Positions 11,735 to 24,574 are shown, numbered from the whole stretch's first letter. The stretch: DNA of 63,966 bases, filler included, from Reticulomyxa filosa (GCA_000512085.1; 22 parts of 22 records of this genome joined end to end with filler, not necessarily neighbours in it), one strand, 5' to 3'. Notes: a model not told the origin generated them from the sequence alone. Program-made: numbers and translations.

Positions 11735-12957
11735 GAAGTAGGTGCAAAAAAGGTCACTTAGTAAAAAAAAAAAAAAAAAACTCGAGTGCCAGCAAAAAAA
11801 CATCCTCCTCTTAGTCGAAGGATTAAATGAACAATACAACCAGTTCGGAGTTTGCAATCCACAATAGTGAAATGGTCATCCAGTTGTCTACCAGCGAATA
11901 CAAGTCTCTGTTGTTCTGGAGGAATGCCTTCTTTGTCTTGAATCAATGCTTTGGTTGCAGCAATGGTAGTGTGTGGGAACACAGAAATGGACATATCTTT
12001 GCCGGTCAATGTTTTAACCTTAAGGATGATTTCGCTTTGATCCATAAGCACCGGCACTTGAATAATCGCAATGACGCTCTGTTGCTTTTCTTTAATTGTC
12101 ATTTCACCTTCATTCTTCTTTTCGTCGGTATTGTTCATCTTGCGATGTTCGGTTAGTCGCTGTCCCAAGAAATCGGCTTTTATGCCATGTTTGTTGAAGA
12201 ACAGCTTTTGATTGCGACATCGAATTAGCTGTGCCGATGTGCCCTTGCTTGTGCTTACAATAGTCAGCACCGACGGAATGTTCCGAGATACTTGATAATT
12301 GTAAAGGGATATATTGAAAGGGACTTCTACATTATCTCCACTTGCTATTGGCAACATGCAACACTGGGATGACATGATCACATGTGTATCCTCCTTTTCA
12401 TTAAACAGGTTCATTTCCATTATCTTACCCGATCCATCTCGCAATGGATACGACATGTAATCGTGGTACTTTTTTAAATATTCACTCAGCGTTATTGTCT
12501 TAAATGTCTTCTTTTTGTCACTACTATTATCTGGTGCAATCAATTGCTCATTTCCTATCACCAATGGAATCTTTTCCATTCTTACATCCCAAGTCTTGTC
12601 GCTGAAATTTGGGTATCGAATCACTGGCATTCTGGCCTTGCCCACTTGCAATGTCATATCTGATATGTTCGGTCCCCAACTCGATTTCTTATTTCTTGCT
12701 GTATCTTCCCATGATACATTCACAATATCCAGTCCGGCTTTAATCGCACATGTTTTGGCCTTTGATGAACCTGTGGGAATGAAAGATTTACGTATATGCA
12801 CTTATGTAGATTTTTTTTTTTTTCACGCCTTTTTTTTTTTTTTTTTTGTGTAGAAAACTCTTCGTGTTTCTGTTTCTTAGTTTTACTTACTTGAGGCCAT
12901 TTCTTTTACAAGGTTAACAACATCTTGCTGGGATTTATCTTTAGGAGCTTGCGTCAT
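11356..12957 (-). CDS. Uncharacterised domain + ubiquitin-like domain (RLRGG) + intein-like Hint domain; 3' truncated by contig end
   Basis: Exons 12957-12891, 12770-11782 and 11678-<11356; GT-AG introns 12890-12771 and 11781-11679. The spliced protein reads MTQAPKDKSQQ...SWEDTARNKKSSWGPNISDMTL...IILKVKTLTGK...HLILRLRGG/CFFAGTRVTISEKDTKTIEEVKIGDAIMSYN...LSNGQTLTTTVNHPIFV...LAVGD. It contains Hint block A (CFxxGTxV) and block B (TxxH). Confidence 0.9.
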
Positions 12958-14404
12958 TTCAACGCTCGGAGGAAATATTCAAAAAAAAAATGTAACCAAA
13001 CAAAACAAGTCTTTTTGTTGTCTAGGGTAGTAGCTGTTCAACACATCAAGTACACCTTCTAAATGCCTCCCAATTTTACATTCCATATTCAAATGTTTTA
13101 TAAGCTGAACAAGGCGCAATAGAATGAAAAATTAACATTGATGTATTTATTGTCACTACTTGCCAGAAAGAACTTAGTTTAGTTGAAAAGACTGTTAAAT
13201 TCTATTTTGTCTTTTTGGAGCAGTGTACATCCTGCATGAGTGAGGGTGTTAATTAAATTAATTGGAAACTTTAAGCAAAAAAGGCTTTGCTATCGTAAAT
13301 TCAGTAAAAGAAAAAGCAATTCCAATATTACAAAATTTCACCATATTCATTTTCATGGTAGAACCAGTATGTGATATCTATTATAGATACAAATCAAACT
13401 GTTCTGACTCTAGAAGTTAAAAACAACCTAACAATAATTAAGTTGCTTCGAATAATATTCTGTGATATCCTTGTAGGATGTTCAAAAATTAAATATATCT
13501 TGACAATGTCTGACACATTGCTTACTAACAACAGCAGTAAACTCTTTGCTTGATTTGTATTTAAAAAACTGAAGAACATCACATATATCTGGTGTCTGAC
13601 AAACAACCAGATACTAATTTTGGTCTTGGATTATCGTTGGTGTTGTTGCATATGTAGAATGGGCCAACCAAACACACCAGCAATATTGTAATACAAAACA
13701 ATCGAAAGTATAAATAGAAAAAAGCTCAGAATTTATTGTGATAAAATTGTAATCTTTTCAGAATAAATTCATCTTTAATACAACATGCAATGTGGATACT
13801 TTCAAGGATACAAAAAAAATACGATTTATCACATTTTCAGCTATTTTTTGTTATTATATACAAACTGTTTGTTCTTTGAATACAAGTTGATACATTTTTT
13901 ATTGCAAAATTTGCTTACGCTATTTGCATATTTTTCCCTAATATGTGTAAATAATTGTAGCAATCTGCTGTACCGAAATTTCCATCGACTGCTTCCGAAA
14001 ATCAGTCTACATCATTGGCTGCTTCCATGCTAAATCTGTTGAAATATCGTTCCACTTCTTATTATCAAAATTTTCGTCTGCAATCACTTAAGCACGTACT
14101 CATTGTTTCAAATTTCTATTTCATTATTTTGTCTCTAAAGAACATGCAACCAATTTTCGACATAAATTCAGACTCAAATGTAGTAGCTTCTGCATTTAAT
14201 ACAGTTTTGTTACTGTTCCGGTATATTTCTGAAAATTCCACTTTCAGTTCGGAACAATCTTGACATGTGCTTTTTCTACCAGATGTTACAATTGATCCAT
14301 TATTGCTGCGGTCAAATTATTGATACTTGCATTGTGGTGTTTGGCTATATCCAAATAATTCTGATCATATATTGCGTCGCTATCATCTTGGATGAAAGCA
14401 GTTA

Positions 14405-14538
14405 CAGTAAGATAAAAAAGAAAGTTGACACCTAAAATGCAACCTTATAGAGATGATTGTATTTCTCCATGAAAAAATAACATTTAATCAAAATTTTTTT
14501 AAAAAATATATACAAATCGTGTAGTTTTTAAATATCAT
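14405..14538 (+). mobile_element. MITE family copy truncated by contig end
   Basis: TA|CAGTA...aaagttgacacctaaaatgc...tttctccatgaaaaaataacat...tacaaatcgtgtagtttttaaatatcat, similar to the 26981 and 10737 copies. Confidence 0.7.
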
Positions 14539-14954
14539 NNNNNNNNNNNNNNNNNNNNNNNNNNNNNNNNNNNNNNNNNNNNTTAATTAATTAANNNNNN
14601 NNNNNNNNNNNNNNNNNNNNNNNNNNNNNNNNNNNNNNATATATATATATATATATATACATATATGTATATATATATATATTAAAAAAGACCTTGAATA
14701 GCATTAAAATCTTTCCCAAAGGCATGCTGACAGATTTTGTGACATTGGTACGAGACGCTTTGGCAGGGTACATATCGTTTTTTAAGAATGAAGTATACGT
14801 AAAAGTTCTTAAAGTTTTGTATGCATACTTGCTTACTTGTCGGTCTGTTTGTTTGTTTGCTTGACCGCAGAGTGTATACAATGTTATGAAATATCACTCG
14901 TTATTGTGTTTGCAATAGTGGCTGAACCATCTGTATGGCACAAGAGCGCACGAC

Positions 14955-15218
14955 TTGGACACGGTGACATTTATGTCGATGCTGCACTTGGCAATGTTTC
15001 TGCGACACGACGACGCCCGAGAGAACACGGGACGGTCGATACTCAGCTCGGTTTTGCAGCAATCGAAGCATGCCCACAAGTTGACTCAAAAGCGCGAATA
15101 CGTGGCGGTCGATACCGACGTGAGTGAAGTGTCATTGGATAACGACGACATTGGTGTCAATCATAAGAAGCTACCATCTGTCATAGCGACAACGGCAACG
15201 GCAACAACAGCGACAGCG

Positions 15219-15289
<71 letters not shown>

Positions 15290-15710
15290 AACAACAACGG
15301 CGACGACCTCGACGACAGCCTCAACTGCAACAGCAACGACGATGATGACGACAATGGCGGTGACAACCACAACGGCCGTGGCTTCGACGCTGGAAGATCA
15401 CATGCGCAAAATTGTATACGGCGCGATTGAACATGTATGCATTGTCAATGACACCGAACAAAGTGTCATTCGCTTCTTAAACTGCAAAGCCGTCGATCAA
15501 CCCTTCCACGAATGGGTCGCGCAATTCATCGACTCACGCTTTCACAACCACTTTGATCGCTTCATCGTCGCCGCTGCTTTATTGCTTGCCAAATTTGCCT
15601 CACAAACTTTGCCCACGAGATTGACGCCCAAATCCGAAGCAATTAAACGCAGAATCCATGCGTTAAAATTGCTCGCCTTTTTTTTAGAAGAAGCTCAATC
15701 TTTTTTTAAA
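14955..15710 (+). CDS. Internal exon of a hypothetical protein with a Thr/Ala low-complexity tract (partial)
   Basis: GC-richer open frame with coding-like composition. No recognisable domain; boundaries are approximate. Confidence 0.45.
15187..15372 (+). repeat. (ACA/GCA/ACG)n microsatellite encoding poly-Thr/Ala
   Basis: gcaacagcaaca... and acgacaacgaca... runs. Confidence 0.9.
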
Positions 15711-16439
15711 GTTATTGTGTTTATCAATCAATCAACCAATCAATCAATCAAATCAATACATTTAACAATTAATAATAATAATAATAATAATAAATAATAT
15801 TTATTATTATTANNNNNNNNNNNNNNNNNNNNNNNNNNNNNNNNNNNNNNNNNNNNTTAATTAATTAANNNNNNNNNNNNNNNNNNNNNNNNNNNNNNNN
15901 NNNNNNNNNNNNGAAACTATTTCTATTTTCATTTGATAGTAATTTTTTTATTATTATATGTTTACTGCGATTATATTATTTGAATTTTTGTTGTTTCATT
16001 TGAGCTGGATATTGCACAGCGGAAAATGAATAATTTGTATGTCAGAATTGATCAATTATTTACAAGATGTTTATTTACTTGTAATGTACAGCCAATAAAA
16101 TGTATTTATTTGTTATTTCATTCTTTTTTGTATGAAATTTTTTATTACTTTTTCAAATTTGCTTTGCAGACACGATGATTCGGTTTTGTAAACTGTTCTT
16201 CGTTTTGAAGAAAGACAATGGGGAAGATTGATATACATTTAGGTGACAACTTTGTCATTCAATATCAATGCCTTCTTCCACAGTCTGAAAGAGCAATAAT
16301 TTATAATATGTCAAATGATTTTTTTCTTTAGTTATGTTGTTTATATTTTATTAAGATAAATACATGACATTATTTTTTGCTATAAGTATTATAAGACTAT
16401 TTAATTTCTTGATTTTAACTGTAACATGTTTACTTTTGT

Positions 16440-16548
16440 ATGGCAAACCCTTATCACACATGGCTGAACTCTTATGGAACTGAGGAGCTCCATTTGGGTT
16501 AAACTTCATCAACCAACTACTTCTTACTTCCTTGCTTTGCTACTACTC
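16440..16548 (-). repeat. Dispersed repeat shared with the region upstream of the 1612-aa ORF
   Basis: atggaactgagga...taaacttc.tcaaccaactacttcttacttccttgcttt occurs here and at about 62697-62760. Confidence 0.75.
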
Positions 16549-17470
16549 CCAGGAACCAATTCAGGCTTAGTTCTGACACTAACACTGGACTAATCACATT
16601 GTATGACTGCATTCTCTTTGCTTTTCAGTTTATTAAACTTCTTTAAAAACTGTTTTTTGACGCAGAAGGAGTAAGTGTTGTAAACATTTTTAAAGAAAAC
16701 ACTTTAAATAAATTTCATTTTATTACTTTTAGGAATAAACGCTTTGAATACAAGAACAAACGTTAACAAGAGAGTTAATTCGCAACAGACAAAAAGAAAC
16801 TTATAATTTTTAATCCCTTAAACGTGTGTGTGGGCACGATTTCAGTAAAAAATTAAATAAATTAAATAAGCAACGAAACCAGTAAAACAAAAAATAAGAA
16901 AAAGATACAAGGCTCTGAGGTTGATGTTGCTAATGGTATTGCAGCCTTTTGAGTACTCAAGTGTTGCCAAGCCGATAGTGAAAGATACTTGCTTCAGATA
17001 CCCAAAGATGAGACAGACAAAGCACAAAGCGCTCTTGACAGATATCACCAAAAAACAAGAATATATCACTCTTTTTATTGCAGCAAATCACCCAACAAGG
17101 AGCAGTTCCTACTTACCGTTATTCTTTTTTAAAAAGTTTTGGACACGCTTGTTTCCTTTTTAAAGCTCACATAAATTGAGAGACATAACCAAAATGATTT
17201 TTTAGCTGGTCTTGCTTTTTTTTTTTTGGAAAGGATATAAGATAAAAAAGTATATCTCAAGAATATATTACAAAAACATTCTACTTTTAAAATAATTCGT
17301 AGATTATAAGCATGCCATTGTGTGACACAATTAATATTGTAATCTTATCATAAGAAAATCATAATTTTTGTTTTCCTAGTCAAATTATACACTTTTTTAC
17401 TTTTAAAAAGGGTAACTTTTTCATGTTTAAAAAAATTTAAACTACTTCGTAGTTCTTCAACTTTAACAAC

Positions 17471-18507
17471 ATAAGCAACCTAATTTTTCAAACTTTGAAG
17501 GAGTTGTCTATTCCACTTTCTCAAGTTCAATGTGTACTACACAAACATGAACTCCTCATTTGTGGAGGTTCTGGTCAAAGAGCTTGCTATTCTTACGATA
17601 CAATCAAAAACGAATACAAGTTTATCTGTGAGTATCCAAGTGATGCTGAATTAGTCGGACACTGTATAGTGAAACTGGTGGATAACAACAACAATAAAGA
17701 CACCAATCAAATCACTTTACTATCTTTTGGTGGAGATAAAGATTCAAGACATACATTGATAATGAAATATGTAAGTGTTTGGAGTGATATATCAAACAAA
17801 TTAAAAAAAATCAAATAATTACAATCGATGGATTCCTTTCACAGACAATCATAATCATCCAATTATCATTGGAAGAGATATTGATGATTATGGAGGAGTG
17901 CGTGCAATGACTGGTGGGGGCAACAATCATTTATTATTTATCACTTATTATCCAAAGAATATTAGTGTGTTTGATTTAAATACATTTCAATTTATTAAAC
18001 ATGACACTATACCAACTTATGACAATATATGGTACCATTGCTTTGTATCAAATTCAGAAAATAGACAAAGACAAGAAATGATGAAAGCGAATGAAAAAAA
18101 AAAATAAACGAAATTGTCAAATGCTGTTATTTTGTAAAAATACCGGGTTATCAATTGAATATGATGAAGATAATAATACTTTTCAATTTTATAAACTACC
18201 ATTCTATGCATATGCATATGTGCATATCAATGATATTATACTGTTCTTTGGCGAATCTAAGGAAATTTTAAGTAGAATTGTTTCAAAATCAGTGTTCAAG
18301 TATTCAATTCGAGAAAACAAATGGGTAACATTTCAAAACACTTTACCTAGTCCTTTGTATTATTGTGTTACAATATTGAGTGAAAAAGACAATCATATAC
18401 ACATCATTGGAGGAAGAGATTATAAACATGCATCAGTATCAACTCACATAAAGACTAAAGTGCGTGTATTGGATCCTTCACAATTGGTAATGATTTGTTT
18501 ATTCTGA
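17471..18507 (+). pseudogene. Kelch-like repeat family member (start lost, frameshifted)
   Basis: HKHELLICGG..RACYSY..KNEYKFICEYP, LLSFGG, FDLNTFQFIKHD, KYSIRENKW and IHIIGG. The start is ATA where the paralogue at 44662 has ATG. Frameshifts in A-runs at about 17810 and 18100. Confidence 0.8.
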
Positions 18508-19470
18508 TAAAACACAAATATATTTTATTGTATAAAATAAATGACAAAAAATAATAATACAAAAAGTGATCGAAGTAGAATTATGTCGATAATTCGATGG
18601 CGACAAAGAAAATATAAAACAATACTTAAATGTAAATGTTATTTACAACTTAAAATATTACGTCACGTTGTTTCATAAGTAATTTTTGTTGATAAATCTC
18701 GTTTTTTGGAATTAAAAAAAATAGTAATTTTTTTAAAGTTTAGACATTCTCCAATTTTTGTGATTTAAATACATATTTTGTTTGTTGAAAAATCTAGCAA
18801 ATCAAAAAAAAACAAATCCAATAAAGAAATATTCAATGATCCCAATGCAATTTCTTTTCTTCCTTGTTCTCTATCTCTCTTTTTGATATGCAAATCAATT
18901 GATTGAAATTTTTTAAAAACTTGATTGTACTGGAAAAAATGTCAAAATTTTTTGACAAGGAGGTAGTTATATATGATATAAATATTCATAACATAGTATT
19001 TTTATTCCAAGCTTTCTTGTACTGCATTTTTTAGCGAATAAACGAGAATATTCCTAGCATTCCTATTAAAGATTTAAACAAAAGTGGACTCTTCACACTC
19101 TTGTACCATCTTAGTTACAAGAATATTTATTGTTGATCAATACATGAACCTATGAATTCATCAATACCAAGATAATGTGCATCTTGTGATATGCACTTAG
19201 ACAAAAAAGTATACACAAGTTTAAAACACTTTGATGTCAAATTTTTTTGGTAGTTGTTTTATGACGCAAAAAAAAAAATTACTCCATTTAATGGAAACTC
19301 CAATAAAAAACTTTTTATAAATTAGAGAATCGAAAAACCAATCTTTTTTTTAAACTTGTTGATTTCAAATGTTTTCGAAAGAAGAAAATTTTACATTAAT
19401 ATAACAACACTTAAGTGGTGTTACAGGGTTGAACGGGGTCTTTGAACTTTAACTCTAATAAAAAAAAACA

Positions 19471-19838
19471 ATGTCGTCATTGAAAAAAGAAGTAGAAGAA
19501 GAAGCAATAAAAAAATTGCTACTTGGCGAATGTTACAATAAGAACTGGGTATCATTTCTTCATGAACAAGACTCTCTAAAAGAGTTTGAGTGTTTAGTGT
19601 GTAAGCAAATTACAAATAATGCAATGAAACTGGCTTGTAAAGAACACAAGAATGATAATGAGGTAATGCTTGTTGGTGAGGAATGTCTGAATCGATACTT
19701 GGAAGAAAATGACAATCAATGTCCAATCGATGATCATGATTCTTGTAAATACAAGAAAGGGATATCAATACGTAAAAACGTAAAGAATTTAAGAGTGATA
19801 TGTCCCCGACAATTTGCCAAAAATGCAAATGCGAATTC
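19471..19838 (+). CDS. TRAF-type RING-finger protein, N-terminus (3' partial)
   Basis: GECYNKNWV..FECLVCKQITNNAMKLAC..H..VGEECL..QCP..H..C..LRVICP. Confidence 0.75.
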
Positions 19839-20580
19839 NNNNNNNNNNNNNNNNNNNNNNNNNNNNNNNNNNNNNNNNNNNNTTAATTAATTAANNNNNN
19901 NNNNNNNNNNNNNNNNNNNNNNNNNNNNNNNNNNNNNNACATGAAATCGAAAGCAGTTACAAACATTTCACTTTCCCCCTTGTGTTTTCCTCCGCTGTTC
20001 TCCTTTTCAAATGAAATTCAACAAATACACAAAATATGGGAATGGACGTAACACCAAAAGTTAGTCAATAGTGAAAGACTGGTTGCTTACTGTGAAGTAA
20101 AGTACAATTCGTGGTGGCCTCAATCGCGCATTTCACGCACGTCTGTTTCTGTAACCGAATTGTGCATAAATAATGGAAAAATATATGCTGTGACAGAAAG
20201 TAAAGGAAATGTGTTGCTAATAGAGGATGATCTGAAGGTATATCTGTCTACACAAGTTTTTTTATCCTTTTTTTCTCCTCAAGTGTAACACCAATCACAA
20301 AACAATAAAAGACCCCCGAGACCAGCCGCTGGATTGACTTAGTTTCGGCCAAATAAAAAAAACAAAAGAAAACAAGTTTTGATTTGTAAAAAAATGTTTC
20401 TGATGGTTTTGTGATTGTGTGATTGTGTTGTTAGAGCATACCAAATCAGACATTAATTGAAGAAAAATACCAGTTAGAACTGAATTTACCTTATTATTTT
20501 TCACGGCAAATAAAAAACAGAATGTTTTAAGTACGGTGGATCAAAAAATAATACAGTAAAAAAAAAAAAAAAGAGAGCAA

Positions 20581-21300
20581 TTGACAAAAGTGCAAAAAGA
20601 ATTGGAAGATGAAAAAAAAAAAGCGAAACAGCTCGAAAGTGCACAAGAGGATTTGATAAAAAAAAAAGAACAATTAAGGACAAAAAATGAGGAAAACGAA
20701 GAATACATTAACGAAAAGAAAGAAAAATTAAAACGCTACAAAACTGGACATGATAATTTGGAGACAAAGTGTAAAAGTATTGAAGAAGAAAACAAAGAAC
20801 ACAAGAGACAAATCGATACCCTAAAGGAAGGAAATATCAAACAAAGGAATCAAATCACCGACTTGGAGAAAGAAAACAAACAACAAATAAAACAAATCAC
20901 TGATTTGAAGGCAGAAATTAACCAGTTCAAAAATGAAAGCAAGAAACAAACAAAAAAAATAAATGACTTAGAGCAAGATATGAAACAAATCGATTCTTTG
21001 AAGGCAAGAATAAAGAGCATTACTGAAAACAACGAACAGCTTTCTTCTGAACATGCCACACAAAAAGACGAAATATACAAACAAAAAGTTGAACTAAACA
21101 AATATGAAAATCAAATTAAACAATTGGAGTCTGATTATCAACAGCAGAAAATTCAATTCGAGACAACTAAAATGAAGTTACATGAATGCATGACAACAAA
21201 CGAAAAATATCGATGCAAATTGAATTCTTTGAATTTGGAAAAAGATGCTTTAATCAGCAAATTGGAAAATTGCAAAAAACAGTCCGATGAACTTAAAGAG
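20581..21300 (+). CDS. Coiled-coil protein exon (partial)
   Basis: Long K/E/Q/N-rich heptad ORF. Boundaries are approximate. Confidence 0.6.
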
Positions 21301-24300
21301 TATTACTTATGCTTCGTTTTCTATTTTTTTTCACTTTTTTTTGAAGAAAGCAAAAATATGACGCACACGTATGTATGTCTTCAATACTACAACGGATACT
21401 CAATGTNNNNNNNNNNNNNNNNNNNNNNNNNNNNNNNNNNNNNNNNNNNNTTAATTAATTAANNNNNNNNNNNNNNNNNNNNNNNNNNNNNNNNNNNNNN
21501 NNNNNNACTACTGTTGTTGCCGACGATAACAGCGGCGGTGCTATGTCGCGTCTGACTCCATTTGCGTCCATTACTACCGTCCGACTTCTTTTTTAGTATC
21601 GACTTCAACGGTAGACGCACTTGTCCGTGCGTCACTGCATTCTCGTCCAAACCTACGAAGGGGGAATATATCGCTTCGTTGCTTGTCTTTTTTTTATCGA
21701 AAGGGACGGGTCTGTATTTGTTTCGAACCACACAACACACATACATATATAACAAGGCATGGCTTTTTATGCTTTTTTTTTTTTCTCTTGTCTCCACTGC
21801 CCCTTTTGCTAATCTTGTTTTTGTTCTGCTGTTGTTGGTTTCTCTCTCACCAATTTATTTGTATGTTTTGTTTATTCCCTTTGCTCATGTCAGTTACTGG
21901 TTTGAATGAGTCTTCTACCGACTTCTTTGGAGGGGATTCAGTGCTCCCTGAGGAATGCAGATCGGATAATGATCGCTTCATTATTTCTCTAAGCTATTGG
22001 GGAACCTCCACGAAAAACGTGCCATGTGCGTTTTTTTTTTTACCAACTCTGCAAGTATCCAGTTTTGGTCTGTAAAAACGTCTCTCTTTTCACTTTTTTT
22101 CTTTTTCTTAATATTCAGTCACACTCATTGCAACATGGAATTGCCAAGTTTTTCATGTGGATTGGACAATAAGAGAAAATTATTAACGTTATGTTGTTAT
22201 CTCAAAATCAACTTAACAACGACAATAAAACAAAATTGAAAGTTTATATGTATTTGTAAAACTAGTTGATCAAATTCAACTACTTACGTCTTCTACCAGA
22301 ACTTTTTGTTGTCTCCGTTGTAAAAAAAAAAATGCTTAAGTAAAAGTCGGTGCAACTACCAATTAAATTTACGTGTAGTGAATGGATTGCGCTCTCTAAA
22401 AGAGTGTGAGTAAAAGCGTTGACGAGAGCATGGCAAGCCCGTCAAAAACGTAGTGCACCTTCAGCCCTGTCTCCTTGTGAAGTTGTACATAATATTCTTT
22501 TTTGGCGTTGCACTTAAAAAAAAAAAAATTGGATTGTTTTTTTTTCTCCTTGCGAAAGACATACTAAGTATATTATCCAAGTTTGTTTCGACGGCATCTA
22601 AAATTTAACTTTCATCTTGCGAAAGGGAATTTTTTTTTAGAGGGAGACAAATAGGGAGAGGGAGGAGAAGAAGAAGAAAGTAATATATGTACACAAAAAC
22701 GAATTCTCGGACAAAGCCACTTAAGAGTGAATGTTGCTAATCAGAAAGAGGAATGGGTGAACAGAAACCTCCACATGGGTTAGAGTGTCAAATACATACA
22801 AAGGCCAAACAAACATGAAGAAAGGGAGGGATGATGAGAAGAAAAAAAAAAGGAAGATGAAAGAAAAAAACATTGTCAACAGTTGGAAAAAGGGGGAGGG
22901 GGGGGGAGAAAAAAAANNNNNNNNNNNNNNNNNNNNNNNNNNNNNNNNNNNNNNNNNNNNTTAATTAATTAANNNNNNNNNNNNNNNNNNNNNNNNNNNN
23001 NNNNNNNNNNNNNNNNAAAAAAAAGGACTCTTTTGGCCGTCCAGCAAAAGACCTCCAAAAAGGAAAACACAAGCACGTACCAATGCCAGTGATGATATGG
23101 GCATCGACTATGAAGATAACGATGAAATGGAAAGAGATAGTGGCATTGGCGGCCATACTGAACTTGAAAATGTCTGAAAAGTCAGTTCGATCCAAGTTAT
23201 AACTGCCAAACCAAAAAAGAGAAAACTTTGGGACATGTAATGTTAATTTTTTTTTTAGTTTAAAAGCATACAATATGCTTTCTGATTGTTTTTTCCCAAA
23301 ATATGGTAATATAAAAGTCTGTGGATCTCACATTTTCATTTTCTTGATTAATCTTTCAAAATCTTATCTATACACTCTTTCAAGGATCAATCTTCTTTGT
23401 TTAAAACTTATCTATAAACTCTTTCAAGGACACAATGAACAAAAGTAATACTTTGATTCAAGTTTGAACATTATTAAAAAAGAATATTAATTTATTATGG
23501 ATTAAAGCAATGTAATGAATTAATTATAAGTTAACGTTTGTCCATGCGGATTACAGTTATATTATATTTGTAATGTTTTAGTTGGTGTCCAAGTGTTCAC
23601 CATTCATTAAATATTGCGAATATCAGTTACAATAGTCTGTCCCCACTCCTAGATTATCAGCAGGTGTTACGCCGAGTGTGATTTAGTGATTGCAAGACTT
23701 GGTTGGGGTTCAATCTGTTTAGCAAAAGATTTCATTGGTGCTCAAATATGTGTTTGTCATTTAGTAAATCTTGAAAGATTTCTTGGGGCTCAAATATATT
23801 TCCCATTAAGTCTTCAATCATGAGTATCCAGTTCCGCGTACAATACAGCGCCATAGTTTATGGTATGGGCTGACATGTAAGTGGATTGCGACCCACCTGA
23901 CGTATTATTTATGAAAAAAATAGTACGAAAAAACATTTGCGATTAAATTTTAATTTGAGATCATTTCTAAAACACTAATAATTGTAGACAAATATTTGAC
24001 TGTTGGGGAAAATTGTCATTGTGTCATGGATTTTGACATCATTCGAAAAGCAATTTGACACATTAAGACAACAGTAATGCAATTACACGATCATCATGTG
24101 TTTTAAACATTTCTAGGCCCAACAAAAAAAAAATAAAAAAAATTACTAAAATNNNNNNNNNNNNNNNNNNNNNNNNNNNNNNNNNNNNNNNNNNNNTTAA
24201 TTAATTAANNNNNNNNNNNNNNNNNNNNNNNNNNNNNNNNNNNNNNNNNNNNTTTTTTTTATATAATTGACGCTGTTTGTTTTTTCATTAACAGCCTCAA

Positions 24301-24574
24301 CCTGTATGTTAAAAAAAATGTATACGTTCCACTCCCAACTACACACAAAGAACAATTTGGGGTTGAAGCCACCCAGCGGCGGAAAGAAAATGAAAGAGTT
24401 TGTATCTTTTATTTATTTATTTATTTTTTTTTTTATCAAATGTTTGTTTGCTTGTCAATAGGCATGCCCCCATCAACAAAAAATTTTATCTACACTCACC
24501 ACACAAAAGAAAAAATATGTATACAAATTGGAATTAGAGCTTTTAGCTCCGTTTCAAATGTGTTATTGTTTGTT

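Noticed and set aside
13400-14400. Coding-like decayed sequence on the minus strand
   Set aside because: Too many stops and no motif I can assign confidently.
16478-16512. CTGAGGA..stem..TAAAC resembling a hammerhead ribozyme core (also near 62702)
   Set aside because: The required GAAA is TAAA, stem II is not conserved in the second copy, and I find no convincing stem I/III with a UH site.
21507-22916. Exon-like minus-strand fragments
   Set aside because: No consistent frame or recognisable domain.
23350-23800. Two short local duplications (cttatctata.actctttcaagga; aaagatttc.ttgg.gctcaaatat)
   Set aside because: Only two copies each and no spacer array, so not CRISPR-like. Ordinary tandem duplication.
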